A DNA stretch of 32,000 nt from Candidatus Saccharimonadota bacterium (GCA_963677105.1 OY781871.1:1-32000); one strand, 5' to 3'; counted from the first letter of the stretch, positions 8,706 through 17,158 are shown. Notes: a model not told the origin generated them from the sequence alone. A program made the numbers and translations.

Positions 8706-9206
8706 TTAAATATTTTTAAGAGTATTTTTTGGTGACATCACCAAGAGATCTTCAATTGTTTCAAGTTCTAATAATTCACGAGAAATGAGTTCGAAATCAG
8801 ATTCGATTTCTTGACTCAATAGAGTTGCTTCTGAAAATGTTTTATTTACAGCAACTTCTTGTTTCCAGAACATAAAAGAGATAGTCATCATTCCCAAAAC
8901 AGGAATCATTGCCCACGTTTTTTTCTTATGAAACATCATTTTGAAAAATGTTTTCCAGTCATTTAAGAAAGAAAATTGTTTTTCTTTCAATGGATCAGGT
9001 AATTGCTCTAATAAAGAATTAAAAGAAGCAATTGATGGAGAAATATCTACATCAAAAGATTTTAATGAATCAATCATTTTTAAGTTTTCTTGAATTTCAA
9101 GCTGTTCTTCTTTCGAAAGATTTTTGAAATCAATATTGTCTTCTTCAAGCATTTGAAACGTTTTGTTCCAAATTTTTGAATCGATACCGTTTTTGTTTTT
9201 ATTCAT
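8706..9206 (-). CDS. putative single-pass membrane anti-sigma factor (non-ZAS)
   Basis: 166 aa. Starts 1 nt after the ECF sigma stop. One TM segment, WAMIPVLGMMTISFMFW, at about aa 98-114. No HxxxCxxC zinc motif. The function is inferred from position only. Confidence 0.55.
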   Translation of the reverse strand: MNKNKNGIDSKIWNKTFQMLEEDNIDFKNLSKEEQLEIQENLKMIDSLKSFDVDISPSIASFNSLLEQLPDPLKEKQFSFLNDWKTFFKMMFHKKKTWAMIPVLGMMTISFMFWKQEVAVNKTFSEATLLSQEIESDFELISRELLELETIEDLLVMSPKNTLKNI

Positions 9207-9207
9207 T

Positions 9208-9777
9208 TTACAAATGGGTTTTTAAGTGAACCATCGTACGAAGTTTTTTTAATCCTCGACATTGTACTTGTCGAATGGTTGTTTCTGGCTTTTTCATAAT
9301 AAGCGCAATTTCATTGCTTTTAAATCCGTTTATAAAACGGAGAGTAAGAATTTCACGTTGATCTTCATTCAATAATGAAAGAGCTCGTTGAAGTGCTTCT
9401 TTCGATTCTTTTTGTTGAATTTTACGAGAGGGATTGTCTTCTGAAAAAGCTTCTATTTGAAAATTCGGCATTTCTTCATGAGAAATAAGTATATCTTTTT
9501 TCTTCTTAAAAAAATCAATCACAGTATTTCTTGCTACTGTGAAAAAATAAGCAAGAGGGGAAACACCTTTATCAGAGAATTGTTCTATAGATTTAAATAC
9601 TTTTAGAAAAACAGTTTGAGTTAAATCTTCTGCCGTTTCTTGATCTCCTATACGACGATAAATATATCGAAACACTGGTGTAAAGAAATCGTTATACACC
9701 ATTCCATATGCTTCGCTGTCACCATTCTTTGCAAGAATCATAAGTTCGTCTGGAGATGAGTTAGTATATTCAGTCAT
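9208..9777 (-). CDS. RNA polymerase ECF (sigma-70 family group 4) sigma factor
   Basis: 189 aa. Region 2: FTPVFRYIYRRIGDQETAEDLTQTVFLKVFKSIEQF. Region 4: DQREILTLRFINGFKSNEIALIMKKPETTIRQVQCRGLKKLR. Confidence 0.9.
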   Translation of the reverse strand: MTEYTNSSPDELMILAKNGDSEAYGMVYNDFFTPVFRYIYRRIGDQETAEDLTQTVFLKVFKSIEQFSDKGVSPLAYFFTVARNTVIDFFKKKKDILISHEEMPNFQIEAFSEDNPSRKIQQKESKEALQRALSLLNEDQREILTLRFINGFKSNEIALIMKKPETTIRQVQCRGLKKLRTMVHLKTHL

Positions 9778-9795
9778 AGCGGTCTTTCATCTTTC

Positions 9796-9822
9796 TAACG
9801 ATTTAATCTTCGTTTTGTGACA
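9796..9822 (-). promoter_or_regulatory. ECF-type autoregulatory promoter (TGTCAC-N16-CGTTA)
   Basis: The minus strand reads TGTCACAAAACGAAGATTAAATCGTTA and ends 18 nt upstream of the sigma ATG at 9777. Confidence 0.6.
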
Positions 9823-9847
9823 ACTTTTTTAAGAAAATAATATTTCT

Positions 9848-10852
9848 TTAATAATGTCGTTTCCAGCGACGTAATTTTTCTACTACAAAATTGAGCCAAT
9901 ATTTCCCTGTCAATGGTAAGTCTTGTGCTCGTAAATATTTTCGTTCATCTCCTCCAAATCCACGTTTAAATCGAGATAATCCTGCCCAAGGATGATTATT
10001 TTTTTCGCTTGGACTTACGCCCCAAAAATTAAATTCTTTACATCCACGAGACTTTGCCTCTTTTATCGCCGCCCAAAGTGTAGTGTGTGCGCCCGGGATT
10101 TTACTTAAAACGCTTGCTCCTTGATGATAATATCCAGCATGAGAGTCAAAAAGAATTACAGAACTCGCAATATTTTTTCGATCATGTTGCGCTGTAAATA
10201 TTTGGCAATCATCTCCGAAAACATCAATTTCAATTTCAGTAGATTTTCGTGAAAATGGTGTGAATTTTTGTCGAGCAGCTGTTTGTTCATGTAGTTTCCA
10301 AAACTTTTGTAAATCTTCAGGTTTATTTCCAACAGAAAGTTTGATTCCGCTTTTTTCTCCTTTACGAACTTCGTAACGCGTAGATTTACGCATGTTTTTT
10401 AATATTTCACCTTCCTCTTGTTCTAAATTTAAAACCCATGTCCGATCAGGATTTATATGTAATGGAGCTGGAATAAAGTTTAATTTTCGAAAAACTTCTT
10501 CCGTTAATTCTGGTAAAAGTGGAGAGACTCGAATGAAATCACAGCGTTCTTTTTTTCCCAGCTTTTTTAATTCTTTTAGTAAAGCAGGAAGTACTTCATC
10601 AATGTGTGCAGAGAGAATAAGTGGGCCGTGAGCAACATGTAAAAAAGTTCCTCGACGAGCCATTATTTTTTGACATTGAAGTGTTCCGACAAGTTTTTCT
10701 CCATAAAAAGCACCAAGACGAAAGTTTTTTTCTCCTATTTTTTCTCGAAACACAGAAAACTTTTCTCCCTGTAAGAAAGTTTTTACTCCAGAAAAACTTT
10801 CCCAAAATAATTGAGCTTCTTTAGTTGAAATCGATCGAATTTGTAATATCAT
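9848..10852 (-). CDS. FemAB-family peptidoglycan interpeptide-bridge aminoacyltransferase
   Basis: The blocks KSTRYEVRKGEKSGIKL, HQGASVL and FNFWGV..PWAGLSRFKRGFGG are typical of the FemAB/FemX family. Start set at ATG 10852; the track start at 10876 is a TTG. Confidence 0.8.
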   Translation of the reverse strand: MILQIRSISTKEAQLFWESFSGVKTFLQGEKFSVFREKIGEKNFRLGAFYGEKLVGTLQCQKIMARRGTFLHVAHGPLILSAHIDEVLPALLKELKKLGKKERCDFIRVSPLLPELTEEVFRKLNFIPAPLHINPDRTWVLNLEQEEGEILKNMRKSTRYEVRKGEKSGIKLSVGNKPEDLQKFWKLHEQTAARQKFTPFSRKSTEIEIDVFGDDCQIFTAQHDRKNIASSVILFDSHAGYYHQGASVLSKIPGAHTTLWAAIKEAKSRGCKEFNFWGVSPSEKNNHPWAGLSRFKRGFGGDERKYLRAQDLPLTGKYWLNFVVEKLRRWKRHY

Positions 10853-10896
10853 CTTTTTTCGCGCGAAGTATAGCAAAATATCGCTTGAGGGAGAAT

Positions 10897-12051
10897 TTAT
10901 TTTGTCTCAAATAATCTTGTAAACCGTTCAATATCTGTAAGAGAAGTTCGTCTGTTTGTGGGAAATGTGACATAGTTTTTTATGAATTTCTCTGCATTTG
11001 GACATTGTCCCTTTTTGTAATCGAATTTTTTTAAATCAACGCCACGAGGAGCAATTGGTTCTCCGTCCCATTCGCCAAGATCAAATCCTATTTGTTTTGC
11101 TTTATTTAAAACCGTTTCACGATCAATCCCTGTCGCAATAACACGAAAAAAGTTTTCTGGAACGATGATTTGTGCGTTTGGAAAAAGCGTAGTGAGGGTT
11201 TCTTTCCAGGCGTTTGCAATTTTTTCTCGGTGAAGAAGTTCATTTTTCCGTTGATTCAATGCTCGAAAAAGAATTTTTTGTTGAACTTTTGATAGTTTTG
11301 TTTGAGGGAAGTCTTCAATTCCAGAACGTTCATTCGATGAAACAGCCCGAGGAAGAAGTTTCGCTTTTGCGAAAAATCCAGCGATACATTTTCCTCCCAT
11401 TTTCCACCAAGGAAGTGAAATAGCTAGTACAAGTGGTTGAATTGCATGACGAAAAGACCAGCTCCAAGAGGGGAGTTTTAGTTTGTGATTTTCAACAAGT
11501 TCTTTTCCAAGAGAATTGTTTCGCCACACAAGTGCTCCACCAGAAACACAAGAAACATCTTTTTCTCTTCCGAAACTTAACAATCGATAATCGGCAATTG
11601 GTTCTCCTGGTTCAAAAAAATGTGCGCCATCTTCCACAACAACGATGTTGTTTTTCTTGGCGATTGTCATAATTTTCTCAATATTTGCTTGTTGACCAAA
11701 CGTATGTGGAACGATCAGAAGTCCGAGTTCTTTTTTATGCTTCTCAATTTCTTGAATATCGATAAGTCCATTTTTATCTGTATCAAGCCAACAGATTTTT
11801 TTCCCTTTGCTTAAAAAGGGTGTCGCCATAACAGCACAACAAACAGCCGGAATTCCTACTTTTTTATCATTAGGAACTATTTCAGCCAAAATTCCTAAAA
11901 GAGTTCGAGCCGTAGAAGCAAGACGGAAATTTTTCGTTTTAAAATGTGGGAAAAAATTACACACTTTAAACGATGTGAACGTACAACTCCACGCAAATAA
12001 CGCGTCATTGAGTGTGAAATTCGGCCCCAACTGATTTGAAACAAGTTTCAT
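10897..12051 (-). CDS. DegT/DnrJ/EryC1/StrS-family PLP-dependent aminotransferase
   Basis: 384 aa. VVEDGAHFFEPG followed by LLSFGREKDVSCVSGGALV, the family SF..K...GG motif with a candidate PLP lysine. Confidence 0.75.
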   Translation of the reverse strand: MKLVSNQLGPNFTLNDALFAWSCTFTSFKVCNFFPHFKTKNFRLASTARTLLGILAEIVPNDKKVGIPAVCCAVMATPFLSKGKKICWLDTDKNGLIDIQEIEKHKKELGLLIVPHTFGQQANIEKIMTIAKKNNIVVVEDGAHFFEPGEPIADYRLLSFGREKDVSCVSGGALVWRNNSLGKELVENHKLKLPSWSWSFRHAIQPLVLAISLPWWKMGGKCIAGFFAKAKLLPRAVSSNERSGIEDFPQTKLSKVQQKILFRALNQRKNELLHREKIANAWKETLTTLFPNAQIIVPENFFRVIATGIDRETVLNKAKQIGFDLGEWDGEPIAPRGVDLKKFDYKKGQCPNAEKFIKNYVTFPTNRRTSLTDIERFTRLFETK

Positions 12052-12097
12052 TCTAGGGACATTGTAATGAAAAGAGGTGTATTATAAAGTCTAAAAT

Positions 12098-12754
12098 TTA
12101 AAGTGTTTTTGATTTTTCTATAAAATCTAGAATTTCTTTATCATATTTTTCGAGCATATACATTAAATCATGGGTAAAGAGATGGGGTTGTTTTTTCATA
12201 TCATCAAGAAGATCCTTTAATTCATACCAAAATAATCCGGAGGCTTCGCCATCAACAAGTTTTACGGCTCCATCATAAATCCCAATAAAGAAATTCTTTT
12301 TATTTCCAATAAGAACTTTTTCATTATCAATTATTTTCGTAAATGAACGTGTTTTCGTTCCAAGCTTCTTTATCAATGCGATCGTATTAAGGTATACATG
12401 GAGCGTGTTGAGGGCTTTTTCAAAATCTTCATTTGAATTTAAAAGAAGAGATGGAACTTGTAACTCTTGAACGGTTTCAACCATAAGTGTGTGCTCAACA
12501 GATTCTCCATGTTGCACATGTCCTCCCATAGATTTATCTAATAATCCAGGGTTGTGATTTTTCTTTTTACTTCTTTTTTGAATAAGAAGTTCTCCTTTTT
12601 TATTAATAATTAAAACATCAACAATTTCTACTGCTCGAGTAACTGGATGCCCTTTTTTGTGAGCTTCAATAGAGTCATTATAAAATCGATTTCGCTCAAT
12701 TGGATAAGAGTTAATCCAATCATCAGTGTCGTATCCAGTTACAATTTCACCCAT
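12098..12754 (-). CDS. Nudix-family hydrolase (degenerate Nudix box)
   Basis: INKKGELLIQKRSKKKNHNPGLLDKSMGGHVQHGESVEHTLMVETVQELQV resembles a Nudix fold and box. Start set at ATG 12754, which removes the overlap with the upstream gene that the track start at 12859 creates. Confidence 0.7.
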   Translation of the reverse strand: MGEIVTGYDTDDWINSYPIERNRFYNDSIEAHKKGHPVTRAVEIVDVLIINKKGELLIQKRSKKKNHNPGLLDKSMGGHVQHGESVEHTLMVETVQELQVPSLLLNSNEDFEKALNTLHVYLNTIALIKKLGTKTRSFTKIIDNEKVLIGNKKNFFIGIYDGAVKLVDGEASGLFWYELKDLLDDMKKQPHLFTHDLMYMLEKYDKEILDFIEKSKTL

Positions 12755-12776
12755 TAATTGCAATATAACAGAAAAT

Positions 12777-14258
12777 TTATTTTTGAAAAATATTTTCAAT
12801 ATTTTTTGATAAACGCGATTCAAGTAACACTGCGTCATTTTCTTTGATTTCCTTTGCAAGTTTTTTCAATAAATTCATGTCATCTCCGTGGAACTTTTCT
12901 TCTAAAATATCTTTTGCTGTTTTTTCAAAATCGTGACGAAACCAAAATACTTCAGCGTTGATTTCTTTTAGTTTTTCAAAAACTTCGCGATGAATATTTT
13001 CAGAATCTTTTCCTAGTTCTCGAAGAGGAATCCCAACAAATATTTTTGTACCAGTAAACTTTCCTAAATGATCTATCGCTCCTAGAACTCCATCTGGATT
13101 TGCAGAATATGGATCAAGTAATAGCGTTGCTTTGTTTTTTAATTTCTTTACATGCAAAGCTCGCTGAAGAGGTGGAAGCTCTTCTAAAGAGTTTTTTAAT
13201 TCTTCAGGAGAACATCCAGCTTCTCTGGCTGCCTCAAGTGCCAAAAGAGCATTTCCTACAAAAAATTCTCCAGCCCACGGAAGAATAAAATCTTGTCCAT
13301 AAGCGTGAAATTTTGTTTGAACAATGTCGGAGGAAATATTTTCTGCAACAGATTTTGTAATCCCAATAGGAGTTGCTGTGATTTCAGAATCGTTAAATAT
13401 TTCTATAAGTGCAGGCGTGTCAGCGTTAAAGAAGATAGTTTTACTACACGATTCTGCAAGTTCAAATTTCGCTTTCCTGAGTTTTTCAGCATTTCCAAAC
13501 AGAGAAACATGTTGCGCGTTTAATCCAGTGAGAATTCCCGTGTCAGGTTTCACAAAAGAACAAATTTGACGAATTTCTCCTTTTTTATATGCGCCCATTT
13601 CACAAACAAAAAACTTCTTTTGAGGTCCAGTTGTAGGATCTGTGAAAAATCGATTATTTCTGTGAACAAGTCGTGCAATTGCAATTTCATTGTTTTCGTT
13701 TCCCGGATTTGTAAGTACAGAATCAGCACCGTATTTTTCACGTAACAAATGAACGAGAATTTTTTTTGTAGAACTTTTTCCATAACTCCCAGTAATTCCA
13801 ATGCACGTCACATTTTTTCCTTGAGCAATGATTTCTGCTGCTTTATTAAAAATAGAACGTTTTCGTATCCACACAGGAAAAGCAGATATTTTCACCGAAA
13901 GGGGAATAGTAAACCAGATCGTTCGTTCCCAAATAATAAGTGCTTTTACCCAATTCCACTCCCAACGCCAGTTTACGATATTACTGAAAATATCATGAAG
14001 TCCAACAATTACGCCAATAGAAACGAGAATAAAAATACATCCAATAATAAGAATGCGACCAGAAAGTTGTGGTCGAGGTAAAATTCCTGGAAACATCCAA
14101 AAATTTAATAGATTTTTACGTCCATCGTATGTACGAAAATACGCTAACATTCGATCGATACGATATTCACGAAGTTGCCAAGATTGAAGCCACGAGCTTG
14201 CAGTTCGTATTCCAAGAACGATAATTCCTAATCCGATAAGCAATTCCCATTCATTCAT
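12777..14258 (-). CDS. murF: Mur ligase, MurF-like (UDP-MurNAc-peptide D-Ala-D-Ala ligase), with an N-terminal ~130-aa membrane extension
   Basis: P-loop GITGSYGKSSTKKIL and NPGNENNEIAIARL, typical of MurF. The N-terminus has hydrophobic segments LLIGLGIIVLGI, ILIIGCIFILVSIGVIVGL and IWFTIPLSVKISAFPVW. A 4-nt ATGA overlap joins it to the upstream hydrolase gene. Confidence 0.8.
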   Translation of the reverse strand: MNEWELLIGLGIIVLGIRTASSWLQSWQLREYRIDRMLAYFRTYDGRKNLLNFWMFPGILPRPQLSGRILIIGCIFILVSIGVIVGLHDIFSNIVNWRWEWNWVKALIIWERTIWFTIPLSVKISAFPVWIRKRSIFNKAAEIIAQGKNVTCIGITGSYGKSSTKKILVHLLREKYGADSVLTNPGNENNEIAIARLVHRNNRFFTDPTTGPQKKFFVCEMGAYKKGEIRQICSFVKPDTGILTGLNAQHVSLFGNAEKLRKAKFELAESCSKTIFFNADTPALIEIFNDSEITATPIGITKSVAENISSDIVQTKFHAYGQDFILPWAGEFFVGNALLALEAAREAGCSPEELKNSLEELPPLQRALHVKKLKNKATLLLDPYSANPDGVLGAIDHLGKFTGTKIFVGIPLRELGKDSENIHREVFEKLKEINAEVFWFRHDFEKTAKDILEEKFHGDDMNLLKKLAKEIKENDAVLLESRLSKNIENIFQK

Positions 14259-15025
14259 TTTTTGAGAAAGGTTGTGATTTTATTTGCGCATTGAGTTGTG
14301 TGTGTACGATGAATTCCGTGTCGACCATCTTCAAAAATATATAATTTAGAATTCTGTAAATTTTCCTGAAAAACCTTTGCTGATTTTAGTGGCGTATATC
14401 CATCATTTTTTCCCCACAAGAGCAAGGTTTCATTTTTGATATTCTTTAAAATATCGCGAATGCAAGATTCTTTAAGAGTTTTTTCAAGTGTCTTTTTTAT
14501 TTCATTAGGGCAATTCGCCCAATCTCGTGCACCAAAAACTTTTTTCAAAACTTTATTCCAAATTTTTTTCGGAACAACCTTTTTAAATGGTAATACAAAT
14601 GGTTTTATTTTTATTGTAATACGTTGGCGTATTCCTGGCGGCCACTTAATTCCTGCTCCACCGATAAGCACTATTTTTCCAGAAAAATCAGTATGTTTTG
14701 CTAAAAATCGTACAATAACGCGACACCCGAAAGAATGTCCTATGAGCGTTGGATTTTTCCAGTTTACTTTTGTTATCAATTCTTCAAGCCATTTCGCGTA
14801 TTGCGAAGTATTCCAGCCGGAAGTTGGTGGCATTTCTGATTCTCCAAATCCAGGTAAATCTACGGCAATAATAGTTGTATCTTTTTTTATTAATTGTGAA
14901 GATAAACCCTCCCAACTTTCTTTACTTCCGCCCCATCCATGAAGGCAAATAATTTTATTTTTTCCCGTTCCCTGTTTCACAAAACAAGTTTTAATTCCAG
15001 CAATAGTTCTGAATTCAGATTTCAT
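14255..15025 (-). CDS. alpha/beta-fold hydrolase
   Basis: 256 aa. LHGWGGSKESW (oxyanion region), nucleophile elbow GHSFG, and a late DG.H triad-like motif (FEDGRHGIH). Confidence 0.8.
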   Translation of the reverse strand: MKSEFRTIAGIKTCFVKQGTGKNKIICLHGWGGSKESWEGLSSQLIKKDTTIIAVDLPGFGESEMPPTSGWNTSQYAKWLEELITKVNWKNPTLIGHSFGCRVIVRFLAKHTDFSGKIVLIGGAGIKWPPGIRQRITIKIKPFVLPFKKVVPKKIWNKVLKKVFGARDWANCPNEIKKTLEKTLKESCIRDILKNIKNETLLLWGKNDGYTPLKSAKVFQENLQNSKLYIFEDGRHGIHRTHTTQCANKITTFLKK

Positions 15026-15089
15026 CGTTGATATTTTTACAGAAAACTGGAAAAAAGCGAAACGAATTCACTTTGATAAAATACTCCAC

Positions 15090-15124
15090 ATTTGAAGTTT
15101 GAAGTTTCCAGATTGAAGTTTTAT
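15090..15124. repeat. heptamer-periodic array, copy 1 (ATTTGAA GTTTGAA GTTTCCA GATTGAA GTTTTAT)
   Basis: Five tandem 7-nt units read directly from the sequence, in the divergent intergenic region between the cell-wall operon and the rlmD-like gene. Confidence 0.6.
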
Positions 15125-15165
15125 TTAAAGTTGTATTTTTCAAGACATTCGTTATCTTCCAAGCA

Positions 15166-16545
15166 ATGAAATTTACAGTTGGAGACGTTCTTGAATTAGA
15201 AATCACAGATCTCGCTTTTGGTGGAGATGGAGTGGCTCGTCACGAAGGAATAGTTTTCTTCGTAAATGGTGGAATTACTGGGCAAACAGTGAAAGCTAAA
15301 GTTAAACGTGTAAAACGCCGATTTATAGAAGCTGTTTCAACAGAAGTGGTAAAACGTTCCGATCTAGAAATAATGCCGGAATTCCAATTAATTCCTGGCG
15401 CACCATGGGAAACATTACCGACTTCAAAACAACGAGAAATTAAACAAGCTCAGGTGTTTGAGCTATTTCAAAAATTCGCAAAACTTGATTTAACTCCTGT
15501 AATGGATGAATTTATTCCATCACCGAGAGATTGGTGGTATCGGAATAAAATGGATTTTTCGTTTGGAACAGATTCCGAAGGAAAATTTGCACTTGGATCA
15601 AAAAAACGCGGACAATTTAAAATAGTTGAAAGTCTCGAAAAACCGTGTGGGATTTTTGATGAACAATTTGAAAAACTTGTACCAATCATTCGTGAATGGT
15701 GTAAAAATACAGGATTATTGCCCAATGATGGAGAAGGTGGGGGATTCTTTGAATCACTCGTTGTGAGACGATCAGTCGCATCGGATACATTCCTTGTAGA
15801 ACTTATAGTTTTAGGAAAAGAGAAAAAATTCGATCCAGAAGCTTTTTCAGAATTACTGAAATCACATTTAGGAGAACGATTCGGAGGAGCATTTTGGTCA
15901 CAAAAGATTCGAGAAGAAGCTCGAAAAACACAAATTATTCCGACATTTATTTCAGGTGATAAAAAATTACAAGAGAAATTATGTGGATTGGATTTTGAGA
16001 TTTCGCGAGATGCCTTTTTTCAACCGAATCCATATTCAGCAGAAAAATTATATGAAAAAGCAGTTGAATTTGTTGATTTACAAGAAGGGGAGTCGGCGTT
16101 AGATCTCTTTTGTGGAACAGGAACGATTGCTCAAATATTAGCAAAAAAATATCCAAAATCTCGTGTCATTGGAGTAGAAATTGTGGAATCAGCCATTGAA
16201 GATGCGAAAAAAAATGCAGAACGAAATAATTTAAAAAACGTAACATTTGCGCGTGCAGATGTACGAAAATGGTTGAAAGAACATTTTCATGCAGCGGTAA
16301 AAGAAACCAGTAAAGAAGTTATTGTTGTCGATCCGCCACGTTCTGGAATCGTACGAAAATCACTCGATCGTATTATTGGACGAGCACCAGGGAAAATCGT
16401 GTATGTTTCTTGTAATCCCGCAACTCTAGCGCGAGACACAGAGATTTTAATTGAAGCTGGGTATAAAATTGATAAATTTGCATTAGTCGACCAATTTCCA
16501 CACACAGCACATGTTGAAGCAGTTGCGAGATTTATAAAAAATTAA
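15166..16545 (+). CDS. rlmD: 23S rRNA (uracil-5-)-methyltransferase, RlmD/RumA family (TRAM + SAM MTase)
   Basis: N-terminal TRAM-like GDVLELEITDLAFGGDGVARHEG. MTase motifs FFQPNP, LDLFCGTGTIAQILA, VVDPPRSG and VYVSCNPATLARD. Confidence 0.85.
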   Translation: MKFTVGDVLELEITDLAFGGDGVARHEGIVFFVNGGITGQTVKAKVKRVKRRFIEAVSTEVVKRSDLEIMPEFQLIPGAPWETLPTSKQREIKQAQVFELFQKFAKLDLTPVMDEFIPSPRDWWYRNKMDFSFGTDSEGKFALGSKKRGQFKIVESLEKPCGIFDEQFEKLVPIIREWCKNTGLLPNDGEGGGFFESLVVRRSVASDTFLVELIVLGKEKKFDPEAFSELLKSHLGERFGGAFWSQKIREEARKTQIIPTFISGDKKLQEKLCGLDFEISRDAFFQPNPYSAEKLYEKAVEFVDLQEGESALDLFCGTGTIAQILAKKYPKSRVIGVEIVESAIEDAKKNAERNNLKNVTFARADVRKWLKEHFHAAVKETSKEVIVVDPPRSGIVRKSLDRIIGRAPGKIVYVSCNPATLARDTEILIEAGYKIDKFALVDQFPHTAHVEAVARFIKN

Positions 16546-16549
16546 ACAA

Positions 16550-16574
16550 GAAAAAAGCCCGCGATAAACACGGG
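16550..16574 (-). terminator. rho-independent terminator for the 133-aa gene; also a hairpin without a U-tract after the rlmD-like gene
   Basis: GCCCGCG/CACGGGC stem (one mismatch) with loop ATAAA. On the minus strand it is followed by TTTTTT (A-run at 16550-16555 on plus). Confidence 0.65.
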
Positions 16575-16592
16575 CAGATCAGATGATATTAA

Positions 16593-16994
16593 TTAAGCGA
16601 GCGCCTTTCTTATTATCGCCTCAGGAATATGTTTTTTGAATTTTTTTGTAATTTCTCCCAGAAATACAACATGATGTATTTTCTGTTTCATTTTTAATTT
16701 TTCGATTAACGTAATTATAAATGCTACATAATCTGCGATAAGAGCCATGTCATCATCTTTACTTTTAAGTCTAATTCTTGAATCATTCAAATGAGCGTTA
16801 ACACGCGTTACAACATTTAATAGATACTTGTTATTAACGACATGATTTTTAACTTCAGCTATCCCCAGTTGATTGAATTTATTTTTTAATTCGATCACCT
16901 CGATTTTAACACCCACTGAATCGACTTTAATGGTTAATATGGTATCGTTTTCCTTTAACTTATCACCTAATTCTTCTCTTACTTTTTCATACAT
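16593..16994 (-). CDS. hypothetical protein (no family recognised)
   Basis: 133-aa ORF preceded by AAGGAGtaattATG, the only canonical Shine-Dalgarno sequence I found in this window. It has its own promoter candidates and terminator. Confidence 0.7.
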   Translation of the reverse strand: MYEKVREELGDKLKENDTILTIKVDSVGVKIEVIELKNKFNQLGIAEVKNHVVNNKYLLNVVTRVNAHLNDSRIRLKSKDDDMALIADYVAFIITLIEKLKMKQKIHHVVFLGEITKKFKKHIPEAIIRKALA

Positions 16995-17023
16995 AATTAC
17001 TCCTTGAGCCTATTGCTTAATTT

Positions 17024-17086
17024 TATCAAAGATCTCTTAGTGAGTCTTGTATCAAAGTGATTTCTCACCTAGAAACAGCTTTGATA
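17024..17086. promoter_or_regulatory. three copies of an 8-mer (TATCAAAG x2 direct, CTTTGATA x1 inverted) in the leader region of the 133-aa gene
   Basis: TATCAAAG at 17024-17031 and 17050-17057; CTTTGATA at 17079-17086. GTGA-GAAA-TCAC and GTGAG/CTCAC complementarities lie between them. Confidence 0.5.
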
Positions 17087-17104
17087 ACAATAAACTCTGG
17101 TAGT

Positions 17105-17133
17105 ATATAATACTGTTTACCGCAATTTGTCAA
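17105..17133 (-). promoter_or_regulatory. sigma-70-type promoter candidate for the 133-aa gene (TTGACA-17-TTATAT)
   Basis: Minus strand: TTGACA (17133-17128), 17-nt spacer, TTATAT (17110-17105). This would give a leader of about 100 nt. Confidence 0.5.
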
Positions 17134-17158
17134 ACTGATAAAAATAAATCAATATCTT

